DNA from: Thermoplasmata archaeon | Lineage (GTDB): Archaea > Thermoplasmatota > Thermoplasmata > Lutacidiplasmatales > UBA184 | Assembly (NCBI GenBank): GCA_049675585.1 | Contig: JBAUAJ010000035.1 | Coordinates: 4,198-68,197, forward strand | Length of the DNA stretch: 64,000 nucleotides | Direction of reading: 5' to 3' | In this document: in pieces, positions 48,038-56,257 of the stretch | Layout of the letters: each line of letters opens with the position of its first letter | Position numbering within the stretch: the stretch's first letter is position 1 | Program-made: the position numbers and the translations under genes | The notes under the pieces: generated by a model | What the model saw: the letters and a program-made list of their open reading frames with translations, nothing else | Told to the model about the DNA's origin: nothing | Databases searched by the model: none

Positions 48038-49432
48038 ATGGGCGCCACTCAACCCCGGGTGCTAGTCCTGGGGCTCGATTCCGTCTCGCCGTGGCTCCTC
48101 TTTGAGCGGTTCCTCCCCAAGATGCCCCGGATGAGGGAGCTGCTGGCCCGCTCTCGGTATGGCACCCTGCGCAGCATCGACCCTCCGATCACCGTCCCCG
48201 CCTGGGCTGTCATGTTCTCGGGGGTGGACCCGGGAACGCTCGGAGTCTATGGGTTCCGGCACCGCCGGCCTGGAACCTACTGGGACCAGTACATCCCGAC
48301 CTCCCGGACGATTCTGAAGCCGATGGTCTGGGACCGTCTTTCCCGGCTCGGAAAGCGGGTCTGCGTGATCGGGATGCCGCCGGGGTACCCGCCGCCCCAG
48401 GTGAACGGAATCTACATCTCGGATTTCCTCACGCCGGACAACGCCCAGGATTACGTTTCTCCGGCGTTCCTCCGCCCCGAGATCGAGCGCGTAGCCGGCG
48501 GCTACACGTTCGACGTCACGTTCCGAGCGGACGACCGGGATCGGATCGGCCGGGAGCTGTTCGAGATGACCCAGAAGCATTTCGCGGTCGCCCGGCACTT
48601 GTGGGCGAAGGAAAAGTGGGATTTCTTCGCTCTGCACGAGATCGGACCGGATCGGTTGCACCATACGTTCTGGAAGTTCTTCGACCCGACCCATCCCCGA
48701 TTCGAGCAGAATCCGAAGTTCCTGGCGCTCGTCGACGACTACTATGCGATGCTCGACGCGGAGATCGGCCAACTGCTCGACATGGTCGACAAGGACGTTC
48801 GGATCCTCGTCACCTCCGACCACGGCAGCCAGGCGATGCAGGGGTGCTTCTGCATCAACGAGTGGCTGATCCAGCAGGGTTACCTGAGCCTCAAGGGCCC
48901 CCGGCCCAAGGCCGGCACCCCGATCGAACAGGCCCCGATCGACTGGACAAAGACCTCCGCGTGGGGGGCTGGGGGCTACTACGCGCGAATCTTCTACAAC
49001 GTGAAGGGTCGGGAGCCGTCGGGCACGATCGCCCCGGCCGATGTTCCAGCGTTCGAAGCGAAGCTCACCGCGGACCTCAAGCAGCTGAAGAAGCCGGACG
49101 GCCACACTCTTGCGGTCGACGTGCGACTTCCGAAGGTGATCTACAAGGAGGTGCGCGGAGACTCGCCTGACCTGATGGTCTACTTCGACAACGCCGCATG
49201 GCGCTCCGCCGGTACGATCGGATACGACAGCCTCTACCTCGCCGAGAACGATACGGGCCCCGACGATTCCGTACACTCGTTCGAGGGGATCTACTCGATC
49301 TCGGACCCTTCGGTGGGCCGGGGCACCCGCGGTCCCGAAGAGCGCCTCATCGATATCGCTCCCACCGTCTTGACCCTCCTCGGGGTCCCGGTTCCCGCGG
49401 AACTCCAGGGGCGTTCGATCGCCAACCTCTGA
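48038..49432 (+). CDS. Alkaline-phosphatase-superfamily phosphohydrolase/phosphomutase (COG3379-like)
   Basis: VLVLGLDSVSPWLL, PITVPAWAVMFSGVDPGTLGVYGF and VTSDHG. Confidence 0.7.
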   Translation: MGATQPRVLVLGLDSVSPWLLFERFLPKMPRMRELLARSRYGTLRSIDPPITVPAWAVMFSGVDPGTLGVYGFRHRRPGTYWDQYIPTSRTILKPMVWDRLSRLGKRVCVIGMPPGYPPPQVNGIYISDFLTPDNAQDYVSPAFLRPEIERVAGGYTFDVTFRADDRDRIGRELFEMTQKHFAVARHLWAKEKWDFFALHEIGPDRLHHTFWKFFDPTHPRFEQNPKFLALVDDYYAMLDAEIGQLLDMVDKDVRILVTSDHGSQAMQGCFCINEWLIQQGYLSLKGPRPKAGTPIEQAPIDWTKTSAWGAGGYYARIFYNVKGREPSGTIAPADVPAFEAKLTADLKQLKKPDGHTLAVDVRLPKVIYKEVRGDSPDLMVYFDNAAWRSAGTIGYDSLYLAENDTGPDDSVHSFEGIYSISDPSVGRGTRGPEERLIDIAPTVLTLLGVPVPAELQGRSIANL

Positions 49433-49539
49433 CCGCCGCCCCCGCGACCGATTCCGACCCCGTGGGTAGGGTCCCCCGTAGCTAGATTTCGATCGCCGAT
49501 TGAGTTCGCGTCCGCCGTTTTCTTCATTTACCACATACT

Positions 49540-49554
49540 CATATGCATATTCAT
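49540..49554. promoter_or_regulatory. AT-rich palindrome-containing motif overlapping the vapB start codon (candidate operator/promoter)
   Basis: CATATGCATATTCAT contains the perfect palindrome ATATGCATAT. Its reverse complement recurs at 50904-50918. Confidence 0.4.
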
Positions 49555-49762
49555 GTCATCCCGTAACATCGCCGTGCAGAAGGCCGTGTACGATCTGCTT
49601 CTTCGAGAGAAACGGGGCGGGGAAAGCTTCACGAGCCTGTTTCGGAGGCTGCTCGACCAGCGGGGGGGCCTCGAAGAGATGGCGGGCAGTTGGGGGCGGG
49701 CTTCCACCCGGCGGGACCGGACGGCCCTGCGGGCCCTACGATCGGGGGGCCGCCGAGCGTGA
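49553..49762 (+). CDS. vapB: VapB-type antitoxin (archaeal UPF0330-like)
   Basis: MSSRNIAVQKAVYDLLLREKRGGESFTSLFRRLL matches the archaeal putative-antitoxin pattern (ISEEAYxxLxxxKxxxESFSDVIxRLL) as recalled. Confidence 0.65.
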   Translation: MSSRNIAVQKAVYDLLLREKRGGESFTSLFRRLLDQRGGLEEMAGSWGRASTRRDRTALRALRSGGRRA

Positions 49763-50175
49763 GGGCCCTCGACACGTCGGTGCTCCTGGCGCTGCTCGAA
49801 GGAGATCCCTCCCTACGACAGAGCCTGCGCCACTGGAGAGGAGAGGAGGTCGCTACGACCGAAGCGAACCTCCTGGAGCTCGCCGTCCTCGCCGCGAACG
49901 GGCCACCGAAGACGCGATCTCACCGGCTGGCCGCCCTCGGACGCCTTCGCCGGCGCCTCACCGTGCTCCCGATCGATTCGAGAGCGGTCGAGGAGGCCCA
50001 GCGCCGGCTCGATCGCGGTGCTGCCTACCGCTCCCCCCTCACGCTCGCGATGCTGGCGGCCCTCGAGACGAGCGGCTGCGAGGAGCTTCTGACGGACGAC
50101 CCCCGCCAGTTCGAGGGTAAGTGGCGGTTCAAAGTGTCGAAAGTCGGCAAACAGATACCTAAACATGGTAAGTAA
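49759..50175 (+). CDS. vapC: PIN-domain toxin
   Basis: GTG 49759 overlaps the vapB stop (GTGA). LDTSVLLALLEGD...TEANLLEL...LLTDD are PIN acidic motifs. The last ~17 codons (WRFKVSKVGKQIPKHGK) are Lys-rich and AT-rich. Confidence 0.7.
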   Translation: MRALDTSVLLALLEGDPSLRQSLRHWRGEEVATTEANLLELAVLAANGPPKTRSHRLAALGRLRRRLTVLPIDSRAVEEAQRRLDRGAAYRSPLTLAMLAALETSGCEELLTDDPRQFEGKWRFKVSKVGKQIPKHGK

Positions 50176-51072
50176 CGTCTCAAGCATCCCTTTGGATGAT
50201 TGAAGCAGCAAACATACCTGAAACTGGGCAACTTGCACGAAAACCCCACCCCTCCGGGCCGCGAAGACCCCGAAACCTCGATGTTACGGCGTGGAGGTAG
50301 GCCATAGCGCAATTAGTAACTAATAATACGTTTCAATAGTTCCTAACTGCCAGTATCTGGCGGGGATCCACGACCCCCATTCCGGTCCCCCGCTCGGCGG
50401 TCTCTGACGGCGCAGGCGTATAACACGAGTTATACGAACCGAAAAGGGGGCGGCGAGCTGGGGCTGCCGACCCCCCCATTTCCAACCCAGACCGCTGGAT
50501 CTCGGCTTCGAGCCCCCTATCCGAGGGCAGAAGGCGCCATAAATGACTGTTAGGCACTGTTGATTCGCAACTATAGTTTCTCAGTTAACTAGAAGACCAA
50601 TATCGCCGCGTTCGACCCTATGAGGACCCACCGCGCCCATCGAGTGCGCCTCGGGCCTCCGCGGACTAACGGTCGAGAAAGCCTGGCCGGGGACTGGGCG
50701 GAATCGGGAGCGCCTCGGCAGGGAGGCTCGCGTTCTGCCTGCTTCATACCCCTGAGGTAGATCCGAGTCGGTTCCGCCCGATCGCCCCAGTCCGGTGCGA
50801 GTAACCGAGGGACCCCACCCAGCGGACCGGTCCAGTCTGTGGCCGCCTGATTCGGCGCCCAGCGACACCGCTCAAACCGATCCCTCAATCGTTTACTGAA
50901 CATATGAATATGCATATGTATACTTGCTCGCGTCGCTCTTATCGAACGTCGACCGGATCGAAAACCGAGCCGACATGAAGTCGGGTTCATCCAGGGAGGT
51001 CGAGCGAGCTCCGGTGGGTCGGCCTCTCCCACGAGCACCCCGCTGGCCGGCACGGGCTCCGAGGAGGCTCCG
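50176..51072. other. About 0.9-kb region with no convincing CDS: AT-rich patches alternating with GC-rich, self-complementary segments (candidate structured RNA or element remnant)
   Basis: No + strand ORF of 60 aa or more is listed entirely within it, and the - strand ORFs are Arg/Pro-rich. AT-rich patches at about 50311-50357 and 50538-50604. A 16-bp long-range helix pairs 50691-50708 with 50777-50793. Perfect hairpin CGTATAAC-ACGA-GTTATACG at 50416-50435. Confidence 0.3.
50904..50918. promoter_or_regulatory. Second, inverted copy of the 15-nt AT-rich motif
   Basis: ATGAATATGCATATG is the exact reverse complement of 49540-49554. Confidence 0.4.
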
Positions 51073-54000
51073 TCAGGGAGGTCGGTGGTAAGGGTCGTCC
51101 GTAATCGCCGAGGGGGAAGGATTCTCCGAGGAGCGACGCCGTCGCAACAGGACGACCCCGACGGCGGCACCGATGCCAATCAGGATGCCCAGGCCGATGC
51201 CACCGAAGAGCGGTTCGACCCAAGGATTCTGAGTCGGGAGGGCCTGAGCCGAGAAGGAAACCGCGACGGCCGACCCGCTTCCGACAATCGCGACGGAACC
51301 GAACACGCGCGCCGGGGAATAGGAAGACACTCCGAAGATGGAGTAGGTCGCGGTACCGTTCGCCACCTCGAACACGATGCTCGCCCCGGTGGAGTAGTTA
51401 ACGGTCGACCCAACCCATACGCTCCAATTCGCTCCCACCGGAAGACCCGACTCCGAGAAGGTGAGTGCATAGAGAACTTGCGAGAAGACGAGGGTCACCT
51501 CGATCACCGAGCTCCCCGCGACCAGGACGCTTCCCGTATGCGGCAGCGTCGTCTGATGCCAACCCCCAAGGTCGCCAATCTCGTAGGCGTAGGAGCCGTT
51601 CGGAACCGAGAAATCGACCGTCGGAGCAGTGGCGCTGAGGATTACGCCGCCCAAAGTGACCGTCCAGGAGGTCCCCTCAGGTAGGCCCGACTCGAGGAAT
51701 TCGACCGAGTACGTTACGGCGGTGTACTCGAGGGTAGGTAGGGTAACACCCGCCCCGTGGATCCCCACGGTGCCGGTGGCCGGCAGGGTCGACTGGCGCC
51801 ACCCGGCAACTCCGGAAATCGCATAGGGAAGCGTCCCGTTAGGCACGGAAAGAACGAGTGAATCGGTCCCGCCGGTGGTCGTGAGCGTCTCCTCCGTTCC
51901 CGCGAGGGTGATCCCGAAGGTCAGTCCGGCTGGGAGCCCGGACTCCTTGAATGTGATGCCGTAGGTCACGGCGGTGAAGTCGATCGTTACGAGCACACTC
52001 GTGGCGGCGACGTCCACGGCGCCGCTCGTCACGTTCTGCGAGTACCCCGCAACCCCCGGAATCGTGAACGGAAGTGTGCCGTTCGGCTCCGAGAACCAGA
52101 TGGTAGGCGTGCTCGATGTCTCGCGGACCGTGCCGACCTTGACGGACCAGCTCGTACCGCTCGCGAGGCCCGACTCGATGAACCGGACCGGGAAGGTGCT
52201 CTCGAAGAACTGCAGGTCGACTACATCGCCTATCCCAGAACCGTTGATCGGTTGCGAGTCCCCGTTCACCACGAGCCGGCCCGTGTAGGGCTCGGACGAT
52301 TGGTGCCAACCCGCGATCGGAAGAATCTGATAGAAGTACGAGCCGTTCGCGAGGTCCGTCCAGGTGAGAGTGTCGGTACCTCCGTCGGTGGTAATGCCCT
52401 GCGGAGTTCCCGCCACGAACGCCGAAAATTCAAGCCCCGCCGGGAGCCCGGATTCCGATATCGTTACAAGATATGCGACGGGGAAGAACTGGAGCGTCGG
52501 CTCGAAGAAGTAGTATGAGTTGTTGCTCGTTCCGTTGGCCGAGAGGTTCAACGTTCCGGAGAACGGTAGGGTCGACTGGTAGTATCCGCGGACAGGACTG
52601 ATCGAGTAATTGTAAACTCCGTGCGCCTCGTAGAACACGACCTCCCCGAAACTGCCGTTCCTCAGCAAGCCGTTGAGAGTGACGGACCAACTGGAGTTGA
52701 ACGGCAGCCCTGACTCCTGGAAGACGGCAACAACCTCGACTGAGAAGTTCATCGTAGGGAGCGCCACCGAGGAGCCGTTGACCAGAACCGTCCCGTTGAG
52801 CGGTACCGGAGCTTCCGTCCAGGCAGGGAATGGGACGCCGGATCGTTCGAGGCCGAGAATCGCATACGTGTAACTTCCGTTGAGCTCTAGGAACGTCATC
52901 GACCGCACGGTGGTGCTCAGATTGGTTTTTCCCAGCGAGGCCGACCAGCTCCACCCGGCCGGAACTCCCGATTCGGAGAAAGTTACATTGAAGAACGCGC
53001 CGTACCCGAGCACACTGACCGAGTCGATCTCCGAATCCATCGCGTAGAGGTACTGGTTGGACGGATCGTACTGGATCCCGAACGCGGGCGAAGGAAGCGG
53101 GACCGTCTCAAGAACTTCGGTCGAATTGATGACCGTTAGTCCGGAGTAATTCCCGGCCAACACCAGGTCCCCCGTGGCCGCGTCGAAGGCGGCCGCGTAT
53201 GGTCGGATCGGTATCGTCACGTTGCCTGCTAGGGCCGTCCCCTCGAGGATGGATACACGGGAGACAGAGGAGTTGCCGATGCCGGAGTTTGCCACGTAGA
53301 CCGCCCCGGAAATGGAGTCGAACACCGCCGGTCCTAGACCTGACCCGACTTCGACTGTGGCCACAACTGTGGTCCCGTTGAGCAGGGTGAGGTTTCCCGA
53401 TCCCTGGTCGACGACCACCATGTACCCATCGCTCGGATCGTACGTCAACGAGGTGGGAAAAGCGTCGACCGGGAGGGTCACTGTTCCGACTAGGGAAGTG
53501 CCGTTGATGATCGACACGAGGCTGACGTCCCCGGTCACCGTTGCGTAGACGTCCCCGTCCGCGGCGTCGTACCCGAGAGCATACGGGGCCCGGTTCGCCC
53601 CACCCACCAGCACGGAACCGGCGATGGTGGTGCCGTGGATGACCGTCACGTTTGATCCCCCGTAGTTGGCCACGTACACATCCCCGTCAGCCGGGTCGTA
53701 GAGAATAGACGTAGAGTAGGCCCCCGTCGACAGATTTCCGATGTCTTTCGTTCCGTTGATGATCGTCACGTTGTAGGAGTTCGAATCGTCTACGTAAACG
53801 AACCCATCCTGGGGGTCGAAGACCGCGCCGATCGGCCCCGAACCCACCTGAATTCTCTCGACTAGCGTCGTGTTGTTGAGCAGATGCACTCCGGTGCCCC
53901 CCGAATCCTCGACGTACACTTCTCCGTTCCTCGGGTCCACGAGAGCCGCCGTGGGAAACGAACCAACGGTGATGGTAGCCAGGACTCCGAGCTGACGCTC

Positions 54001-54261
54001 GAAGCCCGCGGGGTGTGCGTGGAGCCCCGGGAGGGACCCGGCCGATAGGATCCCCGCCGCCGTCGGCACCAACGATCTCGGTCCTAGGTTATCCCCTGGA
54101 GTGGCCGCCAGCGCAGCCGAGGGGCCAGCGACTCCCACGGTGGTCGCCTGAGGAGCGGCCCGCACCCCCCCTTGAGATGCGCTGAGCGAGCTGAACAGTA
54201 GGAGAAGGAGCAAGAACACCGATCCGAAAACGCGGCCGATTGGTCGTGCCGGGGTATGCAT
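51073..54261 (-). CDS. Membrane-anchored YVTN beta-propeller protein with about 7-8 FxESGLP modules
   Basis: Signal-like MHTPARPIGRVFGSVFLLLLLLFSSLSASQG. YVTN-like repeats. Modules VTFSESGVPAGWSWSASL, VFQESGLPFNSSWSVTL, ITFKESGLPAGLTFGITL and VEFLESGLPEGTSWTVTL. C-terminal TM GIGLGILIGIGAAVGVVLL. GGAGG lies 8 nt upstream of the ATG. GC3 is visibly lower than in the left-hand paralogs. Confidence 0.75.
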   Translation of the reverse strand: MHTPARPIGRVFGSVFLLLLLLFSSLSASQGGVRAAPQATTVGVAGPSAALAATPGDNLGPRSLVPTAAGILSAGSLPGLHAHPAGFERQLGVLATITVGSFPTAALVDPRNGEVYVEDSGGTGVHLLNNTTLVERIQVGSGPIGAVFDPQDGFVYVDDSNSYNVTIINGTKDIGNLSTGAYSTSILYDPADGDVYVANYGGSNVTVIHGTTIAGSVLVGGANRAPYALGYDAADGDVYATVTGDVSLVSIINGTSLVGTVTLPVDAFPTSLTYDPSDGYMVVVDQGSGNLTLLNGTTVVATVEVGSGLGPAVFDSISGAVYVANSGIGNSSVSRVSILEGTALAGNVTIPIRPYAAAFDAATGDLVLAGNYSGLTVINSTEVLETVPLPSPAFGIQYDPSNQYLYAMDSEIDSVSVLGYGAFFNVTFSESGVPAGWSWSASLGKTNLSTTVRSMTFLELNGSYTYAILGLERSGVPFPAWTEAPVPLNGTVLVNGSSVALPTMNFSVEVVAVFQESGLPFNSSWSVTLNGLLRNGSFGEVVFYEAHGVYNYSISPVRGYYQSTLPFSGTLNLSANGTSNNSYYFFEPTLQFFPVAYLVTISESGLPAGLEFSAFVAGTPQGITTDGGTDTLTWTDLANGSYFYQILPIAGWHQSSEPYTGRLVVNGDSQPINGSGIGDVVDLQFFESTFPVRFIESGLASGTSWSVKVGTVRETSSTPTIWFSEPNGTLPFTIPGVAGYSQNVTSGAVDVAATSVLVTIDFTAVTYGITFKESGLPAGLTFGITLAGTEETLTTTGGTDSLVLSVPNGTLPYAISGVAGWRQSTLPATGTVGIHGAGVTLPTLEYTAVTYSVEFLESGLPEGTSWTVTLGGVILSATAPTVDFSVPNGSYAYEIGDLGGWHQTTLPHTGSVLVAGSSVIEVTLVFSQVLYALTFSESGLPVGANWSVWVGSTVNYSTGASIVFEVANGTATYSIFGVSSYSPARVFGSVAIVGSGSAVAVSFSAQALPTQNPWVEPLFGGIGLGILIGIGAAVGVVLLRRRRSSENPSPSAITDDPYHRPP
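51290..52990 (-). repeat. In-frame tandem FxESGLP-module repeats
   Basis: Protein-level repeats from about residue 425 to 990 of the 1062-aa product, again mixing WSVTL-type and TTDGGTD/GWHQS-type units. Confidence 0.7.
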
Positions 54262-54402
54262 AGGGCCTCCGCGGTCCGATTCCTCGGTAGCGGATGAGCG
54301 CTTCGGCAGCGATCGAAACGTCGCGAAATGCTACCGGGGTGACTTGAATCCTTCCGGGCTCAGCTCCGTCCGGCTCTGATTGCCTTCGACGAAACGGTTC
54401 GA

Positions 54403-54756
54403 TCAGAGCCCGTGGCACTGGAAGTGCGAGGCGAGTCGCCGAAGGATTGTTGGAGACTCGTAGTCTGGGCCGAAATCCGCCAAGCGCTGCTTGGAGGATC
54501 GCGGCGACCAGTAGAGGGAGTCCTCGCAATGGACCCCGATTCCGACCGCGGACACGAACTCCCGAACCGCCCGCCCTTCCGATACCAGGGCGTCGGCGGC
54601 CCGTTGCGTAGTGTCGAGCATCTGTTCCCGGTTCCCGGGTGCCTCGGACGCAAGGACTTCCTCGTACAGTCGATGGACGCACCACGGACGATTCGGAGTC
54701 CCGTCCAGAGCGCGCTCAATCCGTGTCATCAGGGTCGCGGCGTCGGAACCGGGCAT
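54403..54756 (-). CDS. Hypothetical soluble protein
   Basis: 117 aa with protein-like composition, unlike the overlapping + strand ORF. Co-oriented with the flanking surface-protein genes. Confidence 0.45.
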   Translation of the reverse strand: MPGSDAATLMTRIERALDGTPNRPWCVHRLYEEVLASEAPGNREQMLDTTQRAADALVSEGRAVREFVSAVGIGVHCEDSLYWSPRSSKQRLADFGPDYESPTILRRLASHFQCHGL

Positions 54757-54876
54757 CGGCTACGAAGAATGGGGGCGACCCCACGATAATACCATCGGGA
54801 GGCCACCTCGAAGGGTTGCTTTCCTGGGGGGGTCGACCCGCCCCAGGCACTCATGGACCGCAGCCGCGGTCCAACA

Positions 54877-55485
54877 CTAGGGAATCTCCGCCCCTTCGTA
54901 GACCAGCTCGAACGCACCGGTACTCGGTGCTGAGCCATCGGACCCCGGAGCGTATCCGACCAGGATCGCGTCGTTGTAAGATTGTCCCGGCTGAAGCGTG
55001 ATGAAATTGATCGAGATGTCCGCGGCGGTTCCGCATGGGGTGGGAGACCCGTTGACACAGACGAGGCCGCTCGCGGCGATCCCCGACAGCGTGACGACAT
55101 CGATGCAGTTCGTCTGGCCGGCATTGCATATTCCGTTCAGCCCCGCGAACAAGAGACCCGCCGTGACATTGACCGGCGCCTCCCCCGTGTTCTGGATCTG
55201 AAGCGCCGCGTCGCAGTACTCTCCAAAGTAGATGTCCGAGATCTCGAGATTGACCGCGGTCTGAGCCGCGTTCAATCCGGTGAAACCGATCGACCCCGGA
55301 CCGGGTGCCCCGGTGCCTGTGTACGTGCACCCATGGCCCAAGAACGCTTCAATCTGCAAGTTGACCGATCCGGCGCTTACCGACCCTGAGACGGTATCGA
55401 CGGAAGTGAACGCGGCAAATCCAACTCCGGTCATCATCACCGCGGCGACCGTCGCCAAGACTCCGAAAACCCATCTGCTCGTCAC
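54877..55485 (-). CDS. Secreted protein with a TasA/camelysin-like (SipW-cognate type) N-terminal signal region
   Basis: From GTG 55485 the sequence reads VTSRWVFGVLATVAAVMMTGVGFAAFTSVDTVSGSVSAGSVNLQIE. This resembles the xAxF(S/T)(D/S)...AG(T/S)(L/V)xL pattern that follows the TM segment in TasA-family proteins. The listed start 55611 adds 42 aa of doubtful coding quality. Confidence 0.5.
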   Translation of the reverse strand: MTSRWVFGVLATVAAVMMTGVGFAAFTSVDTVSGSVSAGSVNLQIEAFLGHGCTYTGTGAPGPGSIGFTGLNAAQTAVNLEISDIYFGEYCDAALQIQNTGEAPVNVTAGLLFAGLNGICNAGQTNCIDVVTLSGIAASGLVCVNGSPTPCGTAADISINFITLQPGQSYNDAILVGYAPGSDGSAPSTGAFELVYEGAEIP

Positions 55486-55621
55486 GTGCGCCTCTGGAGA
55501 AATCTCTCCCCCGTGACACTCAGAACACGGTTCTCGTACAACGAGATTCGGAACTGTTGAGACGAGTGGTCTGGAGCAGTCGGTCCAATACTCCCGGCGG
55601 GGCGGGATCACTCCAATTTTC

Positions 55622-56179
55622 TCATCCGGGCCGATCTTCGAGGATGGGTTCCTTTCGGTAGACCCACCACATTCCGAGGCCTCCCCCGACTACTAGGAGG
55701 AGCCCGACCACGAGGATGCTTAGAGATTCATTCCAAACCAGCCGGCCCGAATCGACGGCCAGGAAAGTGAGCATCCCTGCACCAAGGACCAGAACGGCCG
55801 GGGTGTACGCTCTTTCACGCCGGAACGGTTCCGTAGCATCCGGCTCTGATTCACCCTGCGGTGCATATGGCGGGATCGGGCCCGTGCGGCCCCCTACCGA
55901 GTGCCGCAGTCGACGGCTGCCGTTCGACCGTTGCGATTTCGCCTCCGATTCGACCGCCCGGCGCGGTTTGGATAGGACCTCCCATCCCGTTTCCGCGCCG
56001 AACCTTCCTCGAACTGGCTCGACCCTGATCGAATCCGGGGAGGACACTCCGGTTTCGAAGGGTATCTCCGCGTCAGGTTCGGAAAACGGTCCGCTCACAG
56101 TGTGCGGAGCGAATGCCTCCAATTTATAGACGCGGAACCAGGGGAATTGCCACCTCCCGACGGGGCGGTTGAGATGCAA
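55622..56179 (-). CDS. Hypothetical protein with two C-terminal TM segments
   Basis: 185 aa. AVLVLGAGMLTFLAV and ILVVGLLLVVGGGLGMWWV. No family recognised. Confidence 0.4.
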   Translation of the reverse strand: MHLNRPVGRWQFPWFRVYKLEAFAPHTVSGPFSEPDAEIPFETGVSSPDSIRVEPVRGRFGAETGWEVLSKPRRAVESEAKSQRSNGSRRLRHSVGGRTGPIPPYAPQGESEPDATEPFRRERAYTPAVLVLGAGMLTFLAVDSGRLVWNESLSILVVGLLLVVGGGLGMWWVYRKEPILEDRPG

Positions 56180-56257
56180 GTAAAAGCTGCCCAGAGGGAT
56201 CTAAAAATTAGAGGGGCCCGCGCCGATAGCGCGAGCCCACGGAATCGATTCGACGTT

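Noticed and set aside
50193-50222. C/D-box sRNA-like elements (GGATGATTGA ... CCTGAAA)
   Set aside because: The C box is imperfect (ATGATTGA rather than RUGAUGA), the spacing to CTGA is only about 23 nt, and no second box pair is present.
50675-50688. GAGAAAGCCTGGCC, resembling the RNase P RNA CR-I motif (GAGGAAAGUCCGGGC)
   Set aside because: There are several mismatches, and I could not find the other conserved regions (an ACAGAA-type CR-V, for example) nearby.
54412-54789. 125-aa + strand ORF
   Set aside because: The overlapping - strand ORF 54403..54756 has far more protein-like composition and matches the orientation of its neighbours.
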